NCBI GenBank assembly: GCA_001778095.1
Contig: MFGA01000023.1
Coordinates: 46,811-110,810, forward strand
Direction of reading: 5' to 3'
DNA from: Candidatus Falkowbacteria bacterium RIFOXYA2_FULL_38_12
GTDB lineage: Bacteria > Patescibacteriota > Patescibacteriia > XYB2-FULL-38-15
DNA: 64,000 nt
The notes under the pieces are model-generated. The model saw nothing but the letters and a program-made list of their open reading frames with translations, was not told where the DNA came from and did not search any database. This document shows positions 55,156 through 64,000 of this stretch, in pieces. The stretch's first letter is position 1, and every line of letters starts with the position of its first letter. The translations under genes and the position numbers were made by a program.

Positions 55156-55995
55156 ATGAATATTATTGATGGTAAAAAAATCGCCACGGAAATCCGCGAC
55201 GGTGTAAAAAAAGAAATTTCCTCTCTCAGAATAACCCCGGGCTTGGCCGTTATTTTAGTTGGCGCTGATCCAGCCTCACATCTTTATGTAAGTTTAAAAG
55301 AACGAGCTTCAAAAGAGGCTGGAATTCACTTCGAAAAATATTTATTTTTTGCCACCGAACCGCAAGAAAAAATAATCCAAAAAATAAAAGATTTAAATGC
55401 TGATCCTAAAATTAATGGAATCCTCGTCCAACTTCCATTGCCTTCGCAATTTAATGAAAATAAAATTATAGAGAGTATCAGTCCGGAAAAAGACGTTGAC
55501 GGCTTTCATCCAAAAAATATTGAGAAATTACTTTCCGGAAAAAAAACTATCGTCTCCCCTCTTATTTCCGGCATAATGGAATTAATAGGATCAACTGACA
55601 AAGAAATTAAAAACAAAAGAATCGCCATTCTAGCCAATAGCAAAATTTTTGCCGAGCCTCTTCAAAAAATGTTCAAAGGGAGCGACGTTCGAATAACTCT
55701 TTCCCCTGCCGATCCCGAGCCATTTGTCCGCAATGCCGACATTATAATTATCGCCCTTGGACGACCGAATTTATTAAAAGGAGATATAATAAACAAAGAG
55801 GCTATTATCATTGACATCGGGACAAATCATCTCCCCGACGGATCAACAACCGGGGACGTTGATATTGAATCTTTTCGAGAAAAAAAATGTTGGGTAACTC
55901 CTGTCCCCGGTGGCGTTGGTCCCATGACCGTGGCTATGCTTTTGCATAACATCTTAGAGATGGCGAAAAACCAATCTGGCGTATCCCCAGAGTGA
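55156..55995 (+). CDS. folD: Methylenetetrahydrofolate dehydrogenase/cyclohydrolase
   Basis: IDGKKIA, LYVSLK, GILVQLPLP, KDVDGFHP, IDIG, GDVD, TPVPGGVGPMTVAMLL. Confidence 0.95.
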   Translation: MNIIDGKKIATEIRDGVKKEISSLRITPGLAVILVGADPASHLYVSLKERASKEAGIHFEKYLFFATEPQEKIIQKIKDLNADPKINGILVQLPLPSQFNENKIIESISPEKDVDGFHPKNIEKLLSGKKTIVSPLISGIMELIGSTDKEIKNKRIAILANSKIFAEPLQKMFKGSDVRITLSPADPEPFVRNADIIIIALGRPNLLKGDIINKEAIIIDIGTNHLPDGSTTGDVDIESFREKKCWVTPVPGGVGPMTVAMLLHNILEMAKNQSGVSPE

Positions 55996-56020
55996 TTTCC
56001 TTCAATTTTGTTTTTTCCAA

Positions 56021-56054
56021 AAAAATGCACAGCGCTTTATGGCTATGCATTTTT
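56021..56054. terminator. Bidirectional terminator between convergent genes
   Basis: AAAAATGCACAGC...GCTATGCATTTTT. Confidence 0.65.
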
Positions 56055-56089
56055 ATTATTTTTTCTATTTTCCCAAAATGAAGTTTGTT

Positions 56090-57229
56090 TTAACCAATCT
56101 CCGGAAAAACCAATTTATAAACTATACCCAAAATAAAAATAGCCATTAATAAATAAATTACAAGTGCGGAAATCCGGATACTGTATTCCGGTTTTCTTTT
56201 TCCTATTTTTTTCGCCTTTTTCCAAATCAAAATGATCAGTAGTCCTTCAAACCCGCTGAAAATCGCCCCCACCAAAGCAATCATCGTTATAAAATTGGGT
56301 TGGTTTAACAAAAAAATTATAAGAGGAATAAAACAAGCCAATACCCAAGCTAAAAATCTATTTAATTTAAAATCCTGCTCAAAGGTATCTTTTAAATTCA
56401 AACCTAGGACTAAAAAAGAAGTGGCAATCGCCAAAAATCCGAAAACCGCCCCTAGAAAAATTATTTTGTTTCCCAAGGCTCCACTAAGACCGCTTATTGC
56501 TTCTATTGTTGTGTTCTCTCCACTGACTCCGATAACAACAAAAGCGAAAAGTATGGTAATAACAATAGGAATCAATGTCCCCCATTTTATAGCTTTTTCC
56601 AAGTTTTTTTCTTGTCCTTTTAACATTTCTTTCATCTGCGGAATCGCTGCCGCTCCTCCGAGGGCAAAAAGAATCACCCCATAGGGAAGAAAAATATTTT
56701 GAATATTTGTTATTTGCAGGTTTGGATACCAGACATGAGGCAAGCCTAAAAAGAAAATTACACCTATAACAACAAGAAGAATAGCCGTCATAAAAAACTC
56801 AACATAAGAAACCAGCTTTAGACCCGACAAAACAAGAAGAGATGAAGCGCCCCAAAAAACAAGCTGATAAGCAATAAGGCTCCCGCCGATTACGGGTGAC
56901 AAAATCATTTCCAAAAATTGACCGCCAATGATTACATAGGCAATGATTGCTCCCCAAAAAGATAATACTTGGGTGATACTGGCGATTACTTTTCCCCATT
57001 TTCCGAGATAGATTGAGGCATAGCCAACAAGCCGATGCTGTCCTTTAGTGCGCAGAGTCACTTCTCCGTAAAGAAGATGAACCATGAGCAAGATAGCGCC
57101 GATCACCCAAATATAAAAAAACCCGGTAATAAAACCAACTTCTTTGATGGCATAAGGAATACCAAAAATTCCCACTCCGATTATCATGCCAATAAGCGCG
57201 GCGACCGTGTGATAAAATTTTTTTGTCAT
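56090..57229 (-). CDS. Amino acid permease (HAAAP, Trp/Tyr-like)
   Basis: LIGMIIGVGIFGIPY, YGE, PYGVILFALGG..AIP, AIATSFL; about 11 TM segments. Confidence 0.85.
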   Translation of the reverse strand: MTKKFYHTVAALIGMIIGVGIFGIPYAIKEVGFITGFFYIWVIGAILLMVHLLYGEVTLRTKGQHRLVGYASIYLGKWGKVIASITQVLSFWGAIIAYVIIGGQFLEMILSPVIGGSLIAYQLVFWGASSLLVLSGLKLVSYVEFFMTAILLVVIGVIFFLGLPHVWYPNLQITNIQNIFLPYGVILFALGGAAAIPQMKEMLKGQEKNLEKAIKWGTLIPIVITILFAFVVIGVSGENTTIEAISGLSGALGNKIIFLGAVFGFLAIATSFLVLGLNLKDTFEQDFKLNRFLAWVLACFIPLIIFLLNQPNFITMIALVGAIFSGFEGLLIILIWKKAKKIGKRKPEYSIRISALVIYLLMAIFILGIVYKLVFPEIG

Positions 57230-57332
57230 ATTGTTAATTAATTATAAAATAAATAAATAATAACAGCAATATTTCTAACTTTTTTGAATTTGGTATATAA
57301 TAAAAAAATGCGTATAAAATAAAAGATGTTGC

Positions 57333-58769
57333 ATGAAAATTGACTTCTTGGATAAAATAAACGAAAAAGAAATAAAAAAAAGGCCGCTCTATATAAGATC
57401 GGCTGTTGTTTTAGCTATAATAACTCCTTTATTCTTTTTCCAACTGACTTCAATCGGCAATCTCTTCCGTCCTTTTTTCAGAATGAACCAAAACTTAGAA
57501 AATACTGAATTTCAAAATATCGCGGAATGGGTCGGACAAATCGGTCAAATAATCAGAAGTGGTGATAAGTCGCTCGAAGGAGAAAGAGATGATCGCATTA
57601 ACATTCTTCTTTTGGGAATGGGCGGAGCGGGGCACGACGGAGCCTATCTTACCGATACCATGATTTTGGCGAGTATAAAAACAAAAGAAAAAAAGATATC
57701 AATGATTTCCATTCCACGCGATCTGACTGTCCCCATCGACGGCTACGGCTGGCGAAGAGTAAATAATATCAACGCCTTTGCCGAGGCAAAAGAAAAAGGT
57801 AGTGGCAGTCAAACTACCGCAAAAACTCTTAGCCAAATTTTCAAGATTCCCATACATTATTATATAAGGGCTGATTTCAAGGGATTCCAGAAGCTGGTTG
57901 ATCGGTTGGGCGGGGTTTCTGTTTACGTGGATCGAGCTTTTGTTGACAACCAATACCCCACTCTTGATGAAAAGTACCAAGTTCTTACTTTTAACGAAGG
58001 TTGGCAAGTTATGGATGGCGACAAGGCTCTAAAATTTGTCCGTTCAAGACACGGCTCAAACGGCGAAGCTTCCGACTTTGCCAGAAGCAAACGCCAACAA
58101 AAGATTTTAATAGCTTTGAAAGATAAAATTTTCTCTTTTAGCACTATCTTCAATCCGCTGAAATTACAAGGAATCTACAGCGATATTAGTAGCTCCATTG
58201 ACACAAACCTAAAAATGTGGGAGATTATGAGACTGAGAAAAATCATTGAGAGCATTGACACAAGCACAATTATCAACAAGGTTATAAGCGATGAAAAAGG
58301 TAATTTTTTAGTGGCGGCAAATATTGACGGAGCTTATGTCTTACAACCCAAAACCGGTAATTTTGATGAAATTAATTCAATGATAAAAAATATTTTTGAA
58401 AGTACTGAGCCCAAGGAAGAACACAAACCGATTCCACTTAGAGTAGAGGTACAAAATGGAACAAAGAAAAATGGCTTGGCTTCAAAAACTTCAAAAGACA
58501 TAGAAGGTCTTGGATACGAGGTAACTAAAATTTGTAACGCTATAGAGCAGGATTACGAAAAAACGATTATCTACGACCTTACGGCAGGAAAGAGAAGAAA
58601 AGAACTGGATATTTTAAGAGAAAAATTAAATGCCGATGTTTCCTTTTCTCCACCGTCATGGCTTGTAAACCCGGCGACCCCATCCCAAGTTGATATTGAC
58701 ACTCCTTCTCCGATAAGCAATGAATCGCCTATAGATTTTTTAATAATACTGGGAGCTAATATTGAATAA
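57333..58769 (+). CDS. LCP (LytR-CpsA-Psr) family protein with LytR C-terminal domain
   Basis: NILLLG, TDTMIL, ISIPRDL, ALKFVRSRH, SDFARSKRQQ, VEVQNGT..GLA, FLIILG. Confidence 0.92.
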   Translation: MKIDFLDKINEKEIKKRPLYIRSAVVLAIITPLFFFQLTSIGNLFRPFFRMNQNLENTEFQNIAEWVGQIGQIIRSGDKSLEGERDDRINILLLGMGGAGHDGAYLTDTMILASIKTKEKKISMISIPRDLTVPIDGYGWRRVNNINAFAEAKEKGSGSQTTAKTLSQIFKIPIHYYIRADFKGFQKLVDRLGGVSVYVDRAFVDNQYPTLDEKYQVLTFNEGWQVMDGDKALKFVRSRHGSNGEASDFARSKRQQKILIALKDKIFSFSTIFNPLKLQGIYSDISSSIDTNLKMWEIMRLRKIIESIDTSTIINKVISDEKGNFLVAANIDGAYVLQPKTGNFDEINSMIKNIFESTEPKEEHKPIPLRVEVQNGTKKNGLASKTSKDIEGLGYEVTKICNAIEQDYEKTIIYDLTAGKRRKELDILREKLNADVSFSPPSWLVNPATPSQVDIDTPSPISNESPIDFLIILGANIE

Positions 58770-58806
58770 AGCCTCGTCCCCTAATAATTGGGCTAAAGCT
58801 AATAGT

Positions 58807-60192
58807 ATGATAGAAATAGAAAATAAACCGACAATAGCTATAGTCGGACGGTCTAACGTAGGAAAATCAACTCTCTTTAATAAATTAATTGAGAGGCCAA
58901 AAGCGATTGTTTTCCCCGTAGCCGGAACAACTAGAGATAGAAATTACGGCCGAGCCCTTTGGCAGGGATATGAGCTTATTTTTGTTGATACCGGTGGCAT
59001 AGAAGATTCTAAGATTATTGACAAGGAGATAAGAAAACAAGTTGATATTGCTATAAAAAAAGCGCATCTGCTTCTTTTTGTAGTTGATTTGAGGGATGGA
59101 CTAATGCCTCAAGACGTAAAAATATCCAAAATTTTAAATAAGTTAAAAAAACCGGTTATTTTAGTCGGCAATAAGGCAGATACTCCTTCTCTAAGAATGC
59201 TATCGGAAAACAAGGAGTGGTTGCGATTGAATCTGGGAACGCCTGTCGCGGTTTCCGCTTCTATGGGAATGGGCACGGGAGATCTTTTGGATAAAATATT
59301 CGCGAAAATAAAAGAAAACAAAAACCCATTGGAAGAAATTTCTAAAAACGACGGCGAAGAAATAATCAAAGTGGCGATTGTCGGAAAACCAAATGTGGGC
59401 AAATCGTCTCTGCTCAATACTCTTTTGGGACAAGAAAGAGTTTTGGTAAGCGACGCGCCTTTTACCACGCGCGAGCCACAAGATATTTTATTAAGACAAG
59501 ATGGCCAACTTTTTCTTCTGATTGATACTGTCGGAATGAGAAAGTCTGCTAGAGTGGAATCCGGTTTGGAAAAAATAGGAGTAAAAAGAAGTATAAACGC
59601 GATAAGAAGAGCTGACGTTATTATTTTCGTTACCGAAGTGGACAAACCATTAACCATCCAAGACAAACACTTATCTCAAGTTATTCTGGAAAGCAACGCC
59701 GGACTGATCATCGTCGCGAATAAATGGGATCTTATCCCAGAAAAAAATACACAGACAATGAATTACTATATTGATTATTATCATCGTTTTTTTCCATATT
59801 TAAATTGGGCAATGATAGCGCCAGCTTCGGCAAAAACCGGAGAAAAAATAAAAAAAATACTTGATCTGTCCGCTTTGGTCAATAAAAAAAGAAATCGCTA
59901 CGTAGATTCGGAAGAATTAAAAAATTTCTTAAAGAAAACTCTTCTGCAACATAAAGCCATAATCCATCGCAAAAAGAATATGAGCGCGCGACCAAAAATT
60001 GTCGGTCTGACTCAAGAAGGAAACCGCCCGCCGAAATTCAATTTACTCACTACATCAAAAGAAAAACTTCCCGAAGGTTTAGTTAAATTTATTGAAAAAA
60101 GATTAAGGGAAAATTTTGACTTTACCGGCACTCCCATAAAAATGGAAGTGAGGCAGATAAAAAAAGGCGATTTTATCAACCAACAAATATAA
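58807..60192 (+). CDS. der: Ribosome biogenesis GTPase Der
   Basis: Two G domains (GRSNVGKST/DTGG/NKAD and GKPNVGKSS/DTVG/NKWD), C-terminal F.GTPI; start set at ATG 58807. Confidence 0.95.
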   Translation: MIEIENKPTIAIVGRSNVGKSTLFNKLIERPKAIVFPVAGTTRDRNYGRALWQGYELIFVDTGGIEDSKIIDKEIRKQVDIAIKKAHLLLFVVDLRDGLMPQDVKISKILNKLKKPVILVGNKADTPSLRMLSENKEWLRLNLGTPVAVSASMGMGTGDLLDKIFAKIKENKNPLEEISKNDGEEIIKVAIVGKPNVGKSSLLNTLLGQERVLVSDAPFTTREPQDILLRQDGQLFLLIDTVGMRKSARVESGLEKIGVKRSINAIRRADVIIFVTEVDKPLTIQDKHLSQVILESNAGLIIVANKWDLIPEKNTQTMNYYIDYYHRFFPYLNWAMIAPASAKTGEKIKKILDLSALVNKKRNRYVDSEELKNFLKKTLLQHKAIIHRKKNMSARPKIVGLTQEGNRPPKFNLLTTSKEKLPEGLVKFIEKRLRENFDFTGTPIKMEVRQIKKGDFINQQI

Positions 60193-60194
60193 TT

Positions 60195-60767
60195 ATGAAA
60201 ATAATTATCGGTCTCGGCAACCCCGGTTCAAAATACGACAAGACAAGACACAATGTCGGCTTTGATCTTGTTTCTTTTTACGCCGATTCGGAAAAGTCCC
60301 ATTTCTCCGAATGGAAAACAAACAAAAAATTTGATTCCGAAATAGCCGAAGGAAAAATAAACGGAGAAAAAATAATTCTCGCTAAGCCCCAGACTTTCAT
60401 GAACGACAGTGGCCGAGCGGTTTTTAATATCGCTAAATTCTATAAAGTTGCGCCTCGGGACATTCTTGTCGTTCACGACGACATTGATTTGCCGTTGGGA
60501 AAAATAAGAATAAAAAAAACCGGATCATCCGGCGGGCACCGCGGAATTGAATCCATTATTGAATCTTTGGGGAGCGAACAATTTATTCGTTTAAAAATCG
60601 GCGTTGGCTTTCCGGAAAATAAAAAAATTGACGCCGCAAAACTTGTTTTGAAAAAAATATCCAAAGTCGAAAATAAAATTATTGATGAAACAAAAAAAAG
60701 AATTGCCGAAGCAATCTCAATGATTATGGAAAACAAAGAAGATGAAGCAATGAATCGTTTTAACTAA
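60195..60767 (+). CDS. pth: Peptidyl-tRNA hydrolase
   Basis: IGLGNPG..Y..TRHNVGF, KPQTFMN.SG, HDDID, GGHRG, RLKIGVG. Confidence 0.97.
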   Translation: MKIIIGLGNPGSKYDKTRHNVGFDLVSFYADSEKSHFSEWKTNKKFDSEIAEGKINGEKIILAKPQTFMNDSGRAVFNIAKFYKVAPRDILVVHDDIDLPLGKIRIKKTGSSGGHRGIESIIESLGSEQFIRLKIGVGFPENKKIDAAKLVLKKISKVENKIIDETKKRIAEAISMIMENKEDEAMNRFN

Positions 60768-60782
60768 GTCGTTTTAAAATTG

Positions 60783-60922
60783 GATTTTTTCCAAAATTCC
60801 GCCTACCAGCGTAAAGACCTTTCCGAGAACGGAAAAATCTTTAACTTCTGGCTACTTACTAGGTTAGGAGGGGTAACTTCGCTTTCACCGCTAATAGACG
60901 GAACCCTGAAACAAATCATACT
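60783..60922 (-). ncRNA. Candidate structured ncRNA, ~140 nt
   Basis: TTGACA-N18-TAGTAT (extended TG) at 60958-60929; 29-bp closing stem (7 G-U, 1 mismatch); 14-bp inner hairpin; GUUA-CCCCUCC-UAAC hairpin. Confidence 0.75.
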
Positions 60923-61009
60923 TCCTTAATACTACCATCATTTTCAAAATTTTGTCAAAGAGAAATAACATAATTATCTTTTTCCTCTAGCCGTGGAGAA
61001 AACCAGAAA

Positions 61010-62110
61010 ATGAACCTTAATGAAGACATAAAATATTGGGTTGCCTTTTCAAGAGTTCCAAAAATTGGAGCGACTCGGCTCGCGCGATTATACGGTTTTT
61101 TCAGTTCAATGCAAGAGGCCTGGCAGGCTTCTTTTTCTGACTTAATGTCCTCCGGATTGGAAGAAAAAATCGTTAATGAATTTTTTGCGGAAAAAAATTC
61201 CATTGATCCCGACGCGGAATGGAAAAAATTAGAAAAAGAAAATATTAAAGTAGTTACGATAGGCGACAAACATTATCCGAAATTATTAAAAGAAATTTGG
61301 AATCCCCCATCGCTCCTCTACTACAAGGGAACTTTACCGGAAAACGAAGAATATACTATCGGAGTTGTCGGCACGAGAAAAATAAGCAACTATGGAAAAC
61401 AAATTATTCCTCAAGTCGTCAATGATCTGGTAAAAAACGGTTTTACTATTGTGAGCGGTCTGGCTCTTGGTGTTGATGCTTTGGCGCATAAGACGACTGT
61501 TGATTGTAAAGGAAAGACTGTCGCTGTACTCGGATCGGGAATAGACGAACAAAATATTTATCCGACTCAAAACAGATATCTCGCTTCTGAAATAATAAAA
61601 AATGGCGGAGCGGTTATTTCCGAATATCCACTCGGCACCATAGCCTTCCCGGGAAATTTTCCCTTTCGCAACAGAATAATTTCGGGACTATCGCTCGGCA
61701 CGCTTGTTATTGAAGCGGCTGAAGAATCCGGAGCTCTTATTACTGCCAAATACGCCCTGGATCAAAATAGAGAAGTTTTCGCCGTGCCCGGCAGTATTTT
61801 TAGCCCGACCTCGGCTGGCCCGAATAAATTGATTAAGATGGGAGCGCGAGTTGTTACCTCAATTGATGATATTCTCGAAACTCTTAACTTGGCAAACGCG
61901 ACTGAATTTATCAAGAATAAAAAAATCATTCCGCAGTCGCCGGAAGAAGAAAAAATCTCCACTATTTTGACTCAAGAACCTATGCATATTGATAAAGTAA
62001 TCTTAGGATCGGGGCTTGACGCCGCGAGAGTTGGAGCTATACTTACACTTATGGAAATGAAAGGTCTCGTAAAAAACTTAGGTGGAATGAATTATATTAT
62101 AATAAAATAA
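61010..62110 (+). CDS. dprA: DNA-processing protein DprA
   Basis: YPKLLKEI, VVGTRK, VSGLALGVD..AH, FPFRNRIISGLS, SGALITA, FAVPG, C-terminal LMEMKG. Confidence 0.96.
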   Translation: MNLNEDIKYWVAFSRVPKIGATRLARLYGFFSSMQEAWQASFSDLMSSGLEEKIVNEFFAEKNSIDPDAEWKKLEKENIKVVTIGDKHYPKLLKEIWNPPSLLYYKGTLPENEEYTIGVVGTRKISNYGKQIIPQVVNDLVKNGFTIVSGLALGVDALAHKTTVDCKGKTVAVLGSGIDEQNIYPTQNRYLASEIIKNGGAVISEYPLGTIAFPGNFPFRNRIISGLSLGTLVIEAAEESGALITAKYALDQNREVFAVPGSIFSPTSAGPNKLIKMGARVVTSIDDILETLNLANATEFIKNKKIIPQSPEEEKISTILTQEPMHIDKVILGSGLDAARVGAILTLMEMKGLVKNLGGMNYIIIK

Positions 62111-62116
62111 TCTTAT

Positions 62117-64000
62117 ATGAATTTAGTCATCGTGGAATCTCCAACAAAAGCAAAAACTATTTCCCGTTTTTTAGGGAAGGATTTTGTAGTTAGATCTTCC
62201 TTTGGACACTTGAGGGATCTCCCGCAAAGAGAGATGGGAATTGACATAGAAAATAACTTCAAACCCCATTATGTTGTCCCCAGAAAAAATCAAAAAATTG
62301 TCACTGAACTTAAAAAATTTGCCGGAAAAGCAAAATATATCTACTTTGCGTCTGATGAGGACCGTGAAGGAGAAGCTATTTCTTGGCACTTGGCAGAAAT
62401 TTTAAAACCAAAAAAAGATCAATCAAAAAGAATCGCTTTTCATGAAATCACTGAAGAAGCTATTCTTCGCGCCATAGAAAACCCGCGAGAGATCGACCAA
62501 AATATGGTGGATGCCCAACAAGCTCGGCGCGTTTTGGATCGCTTGGTCGGCTACGAAATATCCCCTTTTCTTTGGAAAAAAATAACCAAAGGACTGTCTG
62601 CTGGACGCGTCCAATCGGTCGCTGTACGACTTATCGTAGAGCGAGAAGGGGAAATAAAAAAATTTGTTCCGGAAGAATATTGGGATATTTCCGGAGAATT
62701 CAAAAAAGAAAAAGGAGAGGAAAATATCACCGCCAAACTGAATAAAATAAATGGAGAAACTTTAGATAAATTTTATATAAAATCAAAAGATGGCGCGGAT
62801 AAAATATTAAAAGATCTGGACGGTTCTCTTTATTCAGTCAAAAATATTGAGAAAAAAGAAACAAAGCGCTCTCCCCACCCGCCATTTACAACTTCCACCT
62901 TGCAACAAGAGGCGAACAGACGCTTGGGATTTTCCGCCAAACAAACCATGATGCTCGCCCAACAACTTTACGAAGGAGTTGACTTGGGAAGCGCCGGATC
63001 GGTCGGTCTTATCACCTATATGAGAACCGATTCCTTAAATTTGGCCGAGAAATTTTTAGAAGAAGCAAAATCTTTTATTTCAAAATCTTTTGGAAAAGAA
63101 TATTCTTCCGCCGCGCCAAAAAAATATACAACAAAATCAAAACTGGCCCAAGAGGCGCACGAAGCAATCAGACCGACGAATGTTTCCAATGATCCGGAAA
63201 AAATAAAAAGCTATCTGAATGATAATCAATATAAACTTTATAATTTGATTTGGCGCCGAGCGGTCGCCTCGCAGATGCCGGAAGCAGTTCTTACGAGTAC
63301 CGCCATTGATATTGCCGCGGAAAAAAATAATTTAGAAGATGAATATACTTTTAGAGCGAACGGATTGGTAGTCAAATTTGATGGGTTTTTAAAAGTTTAT
63401 GGAACAAATCAAGAAACCATTCTTCCCGCCTTTTCTCTTGAAGAAGTTTTGCAACTTATCGGATTAACGCCGGCGCAACACTTCACCGAACCTCCCAGCC
63501 GTTATAGTGATGCTTCTTTAGTTAAAGCTCTGGAAGAATACGGCATCGGTCGTCCATCAACTTACGCGCCGACCATTTCTACGATTATTGAGCGGGGCTA
63601 TGTGGAAAAAATAGAAAATAGAAGATTAAAGCCAACAGATATCGCTTTTGTGGTTAATAAAGTTTTAGAAGAACATTTCCCACAAATTGTTGATTATCAA
63701 TTTACGGCAAAAATGGAAAATAATCTTGATGAAATCGCCGAAGGAAAAAAAGAATGGGTACCGGTCATCAGCGACTTCTACGGACCTTTCAAAGAAAATC
63801 TGGAAAAGAAGTATAAAGAAATAAAAAAAGTTGAAGAGGAGACCGACGAAAAATGCGAAAAGTGCGGAGCGCCAATGGTGATTAAGATGGGAAGGTTTGG
63901 GAAATTTATGGCCTGCAGCGGATTTCCGGAATGTAAAAATATAAAATCATTGAAAAAAAAGGGGGCAAACGGAGAAGAAATTGCTCCCGAGACCACTGAC
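62117..64000 (+). CDS. topA: DNA topoisomerase I, 3' end outside the window
   Basis: Manual translation MNLVIVESPTKAKTI, ASDEDREGEAI, SAGRVQS, ITYMRTDS, AQEAHEAIRPT, GIGRPSTY, zinc ribbon CEKCG..GRFGKFMAC; absent from the ORF track because it has no stop. Confidence 0.97.
   Translation, partial: MNLVIVESPTKAKTISRFLGKDFVVRSSFGHLRDLPQREMGIDIENNFKPHYVVPRKNQKIVTELKKFAGKAKYIYFASDEDREGEAISWHLAEILKPKKDQSKRIAFHEITEEAILRAIENPREIDQNMVDAQQARRVLDRLVGYEISPFLWKKITKGLSAGRVQSVAVRLIVEREGEIKKFVPEEYWDISGEFKKEKGEENITAKLNKINGETLDKFYIKSKDGADKILKDLDGSLYSVKNIEKKETKRSPHPPFTTSTLQQEANRRLGFSAKQTMMLAQQLYEGVDLGSAGSVGLITYMRTDSLNLAEKFLEEAKSFISKSFGKEYSSAAPKKYTTKSKLAQEAHEAIRPTNVSNDPEKIKSYLNDNQYKLYNLIWRRAVASQMPEAVLTSTAIDIAAEKNNLEDEYTFRANGLVVKFDGFLKVYGTNQETILPAFSLEEVLQLIGLTPAQHFTEPPSRYSDASLVKALEEYGIGRPSTYAPTISTIIERGYVEKIENRRLKPTDIAFVVNKVLEEHFPQIVDYQFTAKMENNLDEIAEGKKEWVPVISDFYGPFKENLEKKYKEIKKVEEETDEKCEKCGAPMVIKMGRFGKFMACSGFPECKNIKSLKKKGANGEEIAPETTD

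Noticed and set aside
29-63996. Numerous short antisense or overlapping ORFs (e.g. 2000..2524, 44094..44549, 47315..47806, 59109..59666)
   Set aside because: Shadows of well-supported genes or repeats, with no independent motifs
1-64000. Complete DGR cassette, prophage, integrase or transposase
   Set aside because: No RT, Avd, template repeat, recombinase, transposase or phage structural motifs recognised

Overview
AT-rich, gene-dense chromosomal segment, most likely from a Patescibacteria/CPR (Parcubacteria/ABY1-like) bacterium (inference from gene content); standard code 11 (TGA stops, tRNA-Trp CCA). Housekeeping genes: rarA, folC, rlmH, rpmG, tpiA, glyQS, frr, holB, murC, glyA, folD, der, pth, dprA, partial topA, and 5 intact tRNAs. 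Accessory content: a cohesin/dockerin plus WxL-like/DUF916 surface cluster, a type IV pilus locus, LutAB-like genes, glycosyltransferases, two membrane-fused spermidine-synthase-like proteins and a minimal UvrA-like ATPase. Most notable signals: (1) a triplicated tRNA-Thr(GGT) bracketing a small GIY-YIG nuclease, where two copies are overwritten by a 16-nt palindrome that also overwrites a REP element elsewhere; (2) an orphan DGR-like variable region; (3) head-to-head Elp3 and Trm9-like genes suggesting mcm5U34 synthesis; (4) a putative subunit/tip-adhesin filament; (5) three promoter-bearing structured RNA candidates; (6) ~160-bp covarying rod-hairpin MITE-like elements and a 30-bp in-frame palindrome in murC. 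All calls come from motif recognition by eye; no searches were run.
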